Below are positions 61,571 through 64,000 of a stretch of DNA of 64,000 nucleotides, piece after piece; position 1 is the stretch's first letter; each line of letters begins with the position of its first letter. The notes under the pieces were generated by a model, which was not told where the DNA came from, made no database searches, and saw nothing but the letters and a program-made list of their open reading frames with translations. This DNA is from Candidatus Zixiibacteriota bacterium (GTDB lineage: Bacteria; Zixibacteria; MSB-5A5; UM-FILTER-46-8). The stretch is from positions 510-64,509 of the forward strand of contig JALSTH010000040.1 of assembly GCA_026983835.1 (NCBI GenBank). Reading direction: 5' to 3'. The position numbers and the translations under genes were made by a program.

Positions 61571-63184
61571 ATGAAAAATTCTATCTGGAAAAAGGAGATT
61601 GTATTTTTAATCTTTTTGCTTATATTAATTTATGGGGTGGTGAATGCTACGCCCCTGATAGGGAGCTGCTATAAATCGGAATTTAGTCGGGATCATATAA
61701 TAAATACAGGCTATATTAATTTGACAGGGATAACTGATTTGAGATTCGGTATGCGATGGGGTGATATTGACGAGATAATCAATTCCGATTCTTTGGGTTA
61801 TTATCCGCCGAAGGATGTTTTTCAACCGCTGTTGGATTCTATCAATAAGTATGTCCCTTCGGATGTGGAATGCATATTTCAGTTGAAATTTTGGAACGCT
61901 TACAAGATGGCGGATCCGGATTCCACCGGGACTGCTTGGTGCAAGAAGGATGTTTACAAGGTGCATCCTGATTATGTTGAGGACTTCAAGGATATGTGTT
62001 ATGGTTTGGGAGTGGCATTAGGAGGGAGGGTAAATTATTTTGTTCTCCACAATCAGCCGAATGCTGGTTGGAATGAGGATGGGGGTGGGGTGTTTTGGCG
62101 TAATTCGCCGGAGGATTTTGCGTGGCAGTGCAAGATATGTGCGGAGCAGATAAAAGAAGGGAACCCCGATGCCTATGTGATATATGGTGGTTTCGGGGGG
62201 ACAAAGGTTGATAGCGGATTTATCCCTCGGGCGGTTAATGCTATAATGACTTACCAGACACCAAAGATCGATGCTGTGGATTTCCATTGGTACGATATTT
62301 TGCATTCGGCGGATACGATGAGATATATAGCTGAAAAGCTACACAATTTTACCGATTCCTATGACCTCGATTGGACAGTCCTTGAAACCAACGGTCCAAG
62401 AATCGTCTTCCCGTTGGATAGCATTCCCCAAGGCTGGGGTGAAAGCATAATCGATTCGCTCAACGATATAAGTCAAGGGCATGAAGAGCATATACTCGAT
62501 CATCTAAGGGATTGTTTATATGCTGGTACGCGTATCGTAGATCCCGCCAATTTGGGATTGCCGGAGAATTATAATATAGTTCAGCCTATAAAGGTTGATG
62601 AGTTTAACGGACGCGTTCCGATATTTATTGCTAATGGAGCGAAGATAGTTAATTGGTTCTCAGCTTACACCGCATTTGATGAACAATGGTTGTCGAACCT
62701 CGATGAAATCCCCTGTACGGATAACGAAATTATGTCCCAAGGTCCCGAAGGGAAAGTGGAGATGGTAATAAAATCCTGTCAGAACTGGCCATTGAATGTG
62801 GCTAAGGTTGATTTTGGTGTGTTTGGGAGCACTGATCTATCCGATAGGATGAAGGAATACATTGATTCATTAAATCTGCCGAAAATATCGCCGCCGGGGC
62901 AAAAGCAGATGGATATTAATTTAAGAGGGATTACATTATGTAGTTATCCTAACGCGTTTAATTCTTCTACTAAAATCTCTTATTATCTTCCTGAGGATAT
63001 GGAAGTAAAATTAGAGATGTTTGATATTCTTGCCAGAAAAGTCGACATACTCGATACAGGAATTAAGGGTAAGGGGCAACATACCGTCATTTGGGATGCA
63101 GGTAAATATGCCGGAGGCGTTTATTTTTGTAGGTTATCTACCAGCTTATGTTCAAAGGTAATTAAAATGACTTTGCTCAAGTGA
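61571..63184 (+). CDS. Secreted clan GH-A-like TIM-barrel protein with sorting domain
   Basis: Signal peptide; LHNQPN, IDAVDFHWY, VLETNG; SYPNAFN...GVYFCRL...KMTLLK. Confidence 0.7.
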   Translation: MKNSIWKKEIVFLIFLLILIYGVVNATPLIGSCYKSEFSRDHIINTGYINLTGITDLRFGMRWGDIDEIINSDSLGYYPPKDVFQPLLDSINKYVPSDVECIFQLKFWNAYKMADPDSTGTAWCKKDVYKVHPDYVEDFKDMCYGLGVALGGRVNYFVLHNQPNAGWNEDGGGVFWRNSPEDFAWQCKICAEQIKEGNPDAYVIYGGFGGTKVDSGFIPRAVNAIMTYQTPKIDAVDFHWYDILHSADTMRYIAEKLHNFTDSYDLDWTVLETNGPRIVFPLDSIPQGWGESIIDSLNDISQGHEEHILDHLRDCLYAGTRIVDPANLGLPENYNIVQPIKVDEFNGRVPIFIANGAKIVNWFSAYTAFDEQWLSNLDEIPCTDNEIMSQGPEGKVEMVIKSCQNWPLNVAKVDFGVFGSTDLSDRMKEYIDSLNLPKISPPGQKQMDINLRGITLCSYPNAFNSSTKISYYLPEDMEVKLEMFDILARKVDILDTGIKGKGQHTVIWDAGKYAGGVYFCRLSTSLCSKVIKMTLLK

Positions 63185-63196
63185 ACTTGATAAAAA

Positions 63197-63223
63197 AGGG
63201 ACAGGGCGTAACTCCCTGTCCCT
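63197..63223. terminator. Intergenic hairpin flanked by A-runs (U-tract only on the minus strand)
   Basis: AGGGACAGGG-N7-CCCTGTCCCT. Confidence 0.55.
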
Positions 63224-63253
63224 AAAAAATGATTGTTAACTTCGAGGTGAGAT

Positions 63254-64000
63254 ATGAAATTGATGGTGCTGAATATAGCGATGATAGTTATTTGCCTTTT
63301 GCCGAAGATGGCGTTTTCGGAAATTGGCATTTTATGGACTAAGCAATTTGATATGGGGCAGGGGGCAGGTTTTTTCGATGTTGTAGAAAATAGCGATGGA
63401 GGTTATATAGCAGTGGGGGATGCCTTATTTGGATCTGATACTCTCAACCAATGGTATTTACATAAAAGCGATCAATCTGGAAATGTTGTATGGGATAAAT
63501 TATACGGCGGTAGTTTAGTTGATCGTGCCTATTCGGTACAAAGGGTTGAAGATTCGTTGTTTGCTGTAGCAGGATATACATTTTCCTTTGGGAACGGCGG
63601 CGCGGATGTATGGTTGCTGAAGGTGAACGAAGATGGTGATACACTCTGGTCGCATACCTATGGAGATACTCTTGACAATTATGCGTTTTGTATGAAGCAT
63701 ATGAGCGATGAAGGGTATATAATGGCGGGAGACACTAAGATAGCAAATGGTAATTATGATATATGCCTTGTGAAAGTTGATTCGATCGGTAATATTAAAT
63801 GGAGTGGAGAATATGGCGGAGATGATTATGACGATGGTTATAGTGTTTTGGAGACGGATGATGGGAATTATTTTGTGGTGGGGGATGCGGCGGCGTCTAA
63901 TGTTTTATTGGTGGATAGTTTGGGGAATTTGATAAATGAGCATCACGATGATAATGCTTACTATGGTGCGACGAAATCGCATACGCCGGGGAGATATGTT
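63254..64000 (+). CDS. Secreted beta-propeller repeat protein, 3'-truncated by the window edge
   Basis: Not in the ORF track. ATG 63254 after GAGGTG; signal peptide; repeats DGGYIAVG, DVWLLKVNEDGDTLWSHTYG. Confidence 0.82.
   Translation, partial: MKLMVLNIAMIVICLLPKMAFSEIGILWTKQFDMGQGAGFFDVVENSDGGYIAVGDALFGSDTLNQWYLHKSDQSGNVVWDKLYGGSLVDRAYSVQRVEDSLFAVAGYTFSFGNGGADVWLLKVNEDGDTLWSHTYGDTLDNYAFCMKHMSDEGYIMAGDTKIANGNYDICLVKVDSIGNIKWSGEYGGDDYDDGYSVLETDDGNYFVVGDAAASNVLLVDSLGNLINEHHDDNAYYGATKSHTPGRYV

Noticed and set aside
1..64000. CRISPR array, rRNA, transposase, integrase or prophage
   Set aside because: No repeat-spacer pattern or recognisable motifs seen; the only tandem repeats are coding.

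Overview
Bacterial chromosome segment, roughly mid-GC, with a diderm envelope (BamD, LolA-like, LPS heptosyltransferase). Many secreted proteins end in a 'YPNPFN...GxY...K' sorting domain, which suggests an FCB-group organism such as Ca. Zixibacteria (inference only). The window holds a C25 peptidase (partial), a glycosyltransferase cluster, an orphan DNA methyltransferase and a long housekeeping block (prfA, rpmE, rpsT, murJ, rpiB, glyA, nrdR, tatC, htpX, folE2, ftsK, rimO, bamD, nadD, polA, coaE). It also has an ECF sigma/anti-sigma/HtrA-like operon and an AT-rich RloC-like ATPase + Fic islet. The main finding is at 11735-17175: a TlpA thioredoxin, a DUF6029-like outer-membrane protein with a C-terminal CxxxxC, and three tandem secreted Omp28/thioredoxin-like paralogues. 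The first has CGPC. The other two have an in-frame TGA exactly at the first Cys of that motif (UPYC, UGAC), each followed at identical spacing by the same SECIS-like hairpin, so they are probably exported selenoproteins that the ORF track truncated. Other points of interest: a tRNA-like T-arm element in the leader of the RloC-like gene, a possible tetrahydrobiopterin operon, a catalytically degenerate HtrA, an orphan ~130-nt hairpin, and a beta-helix gene with one in-frame TAA. No rRNA, canonical tRNA, CRISPR array or transposase was seen.
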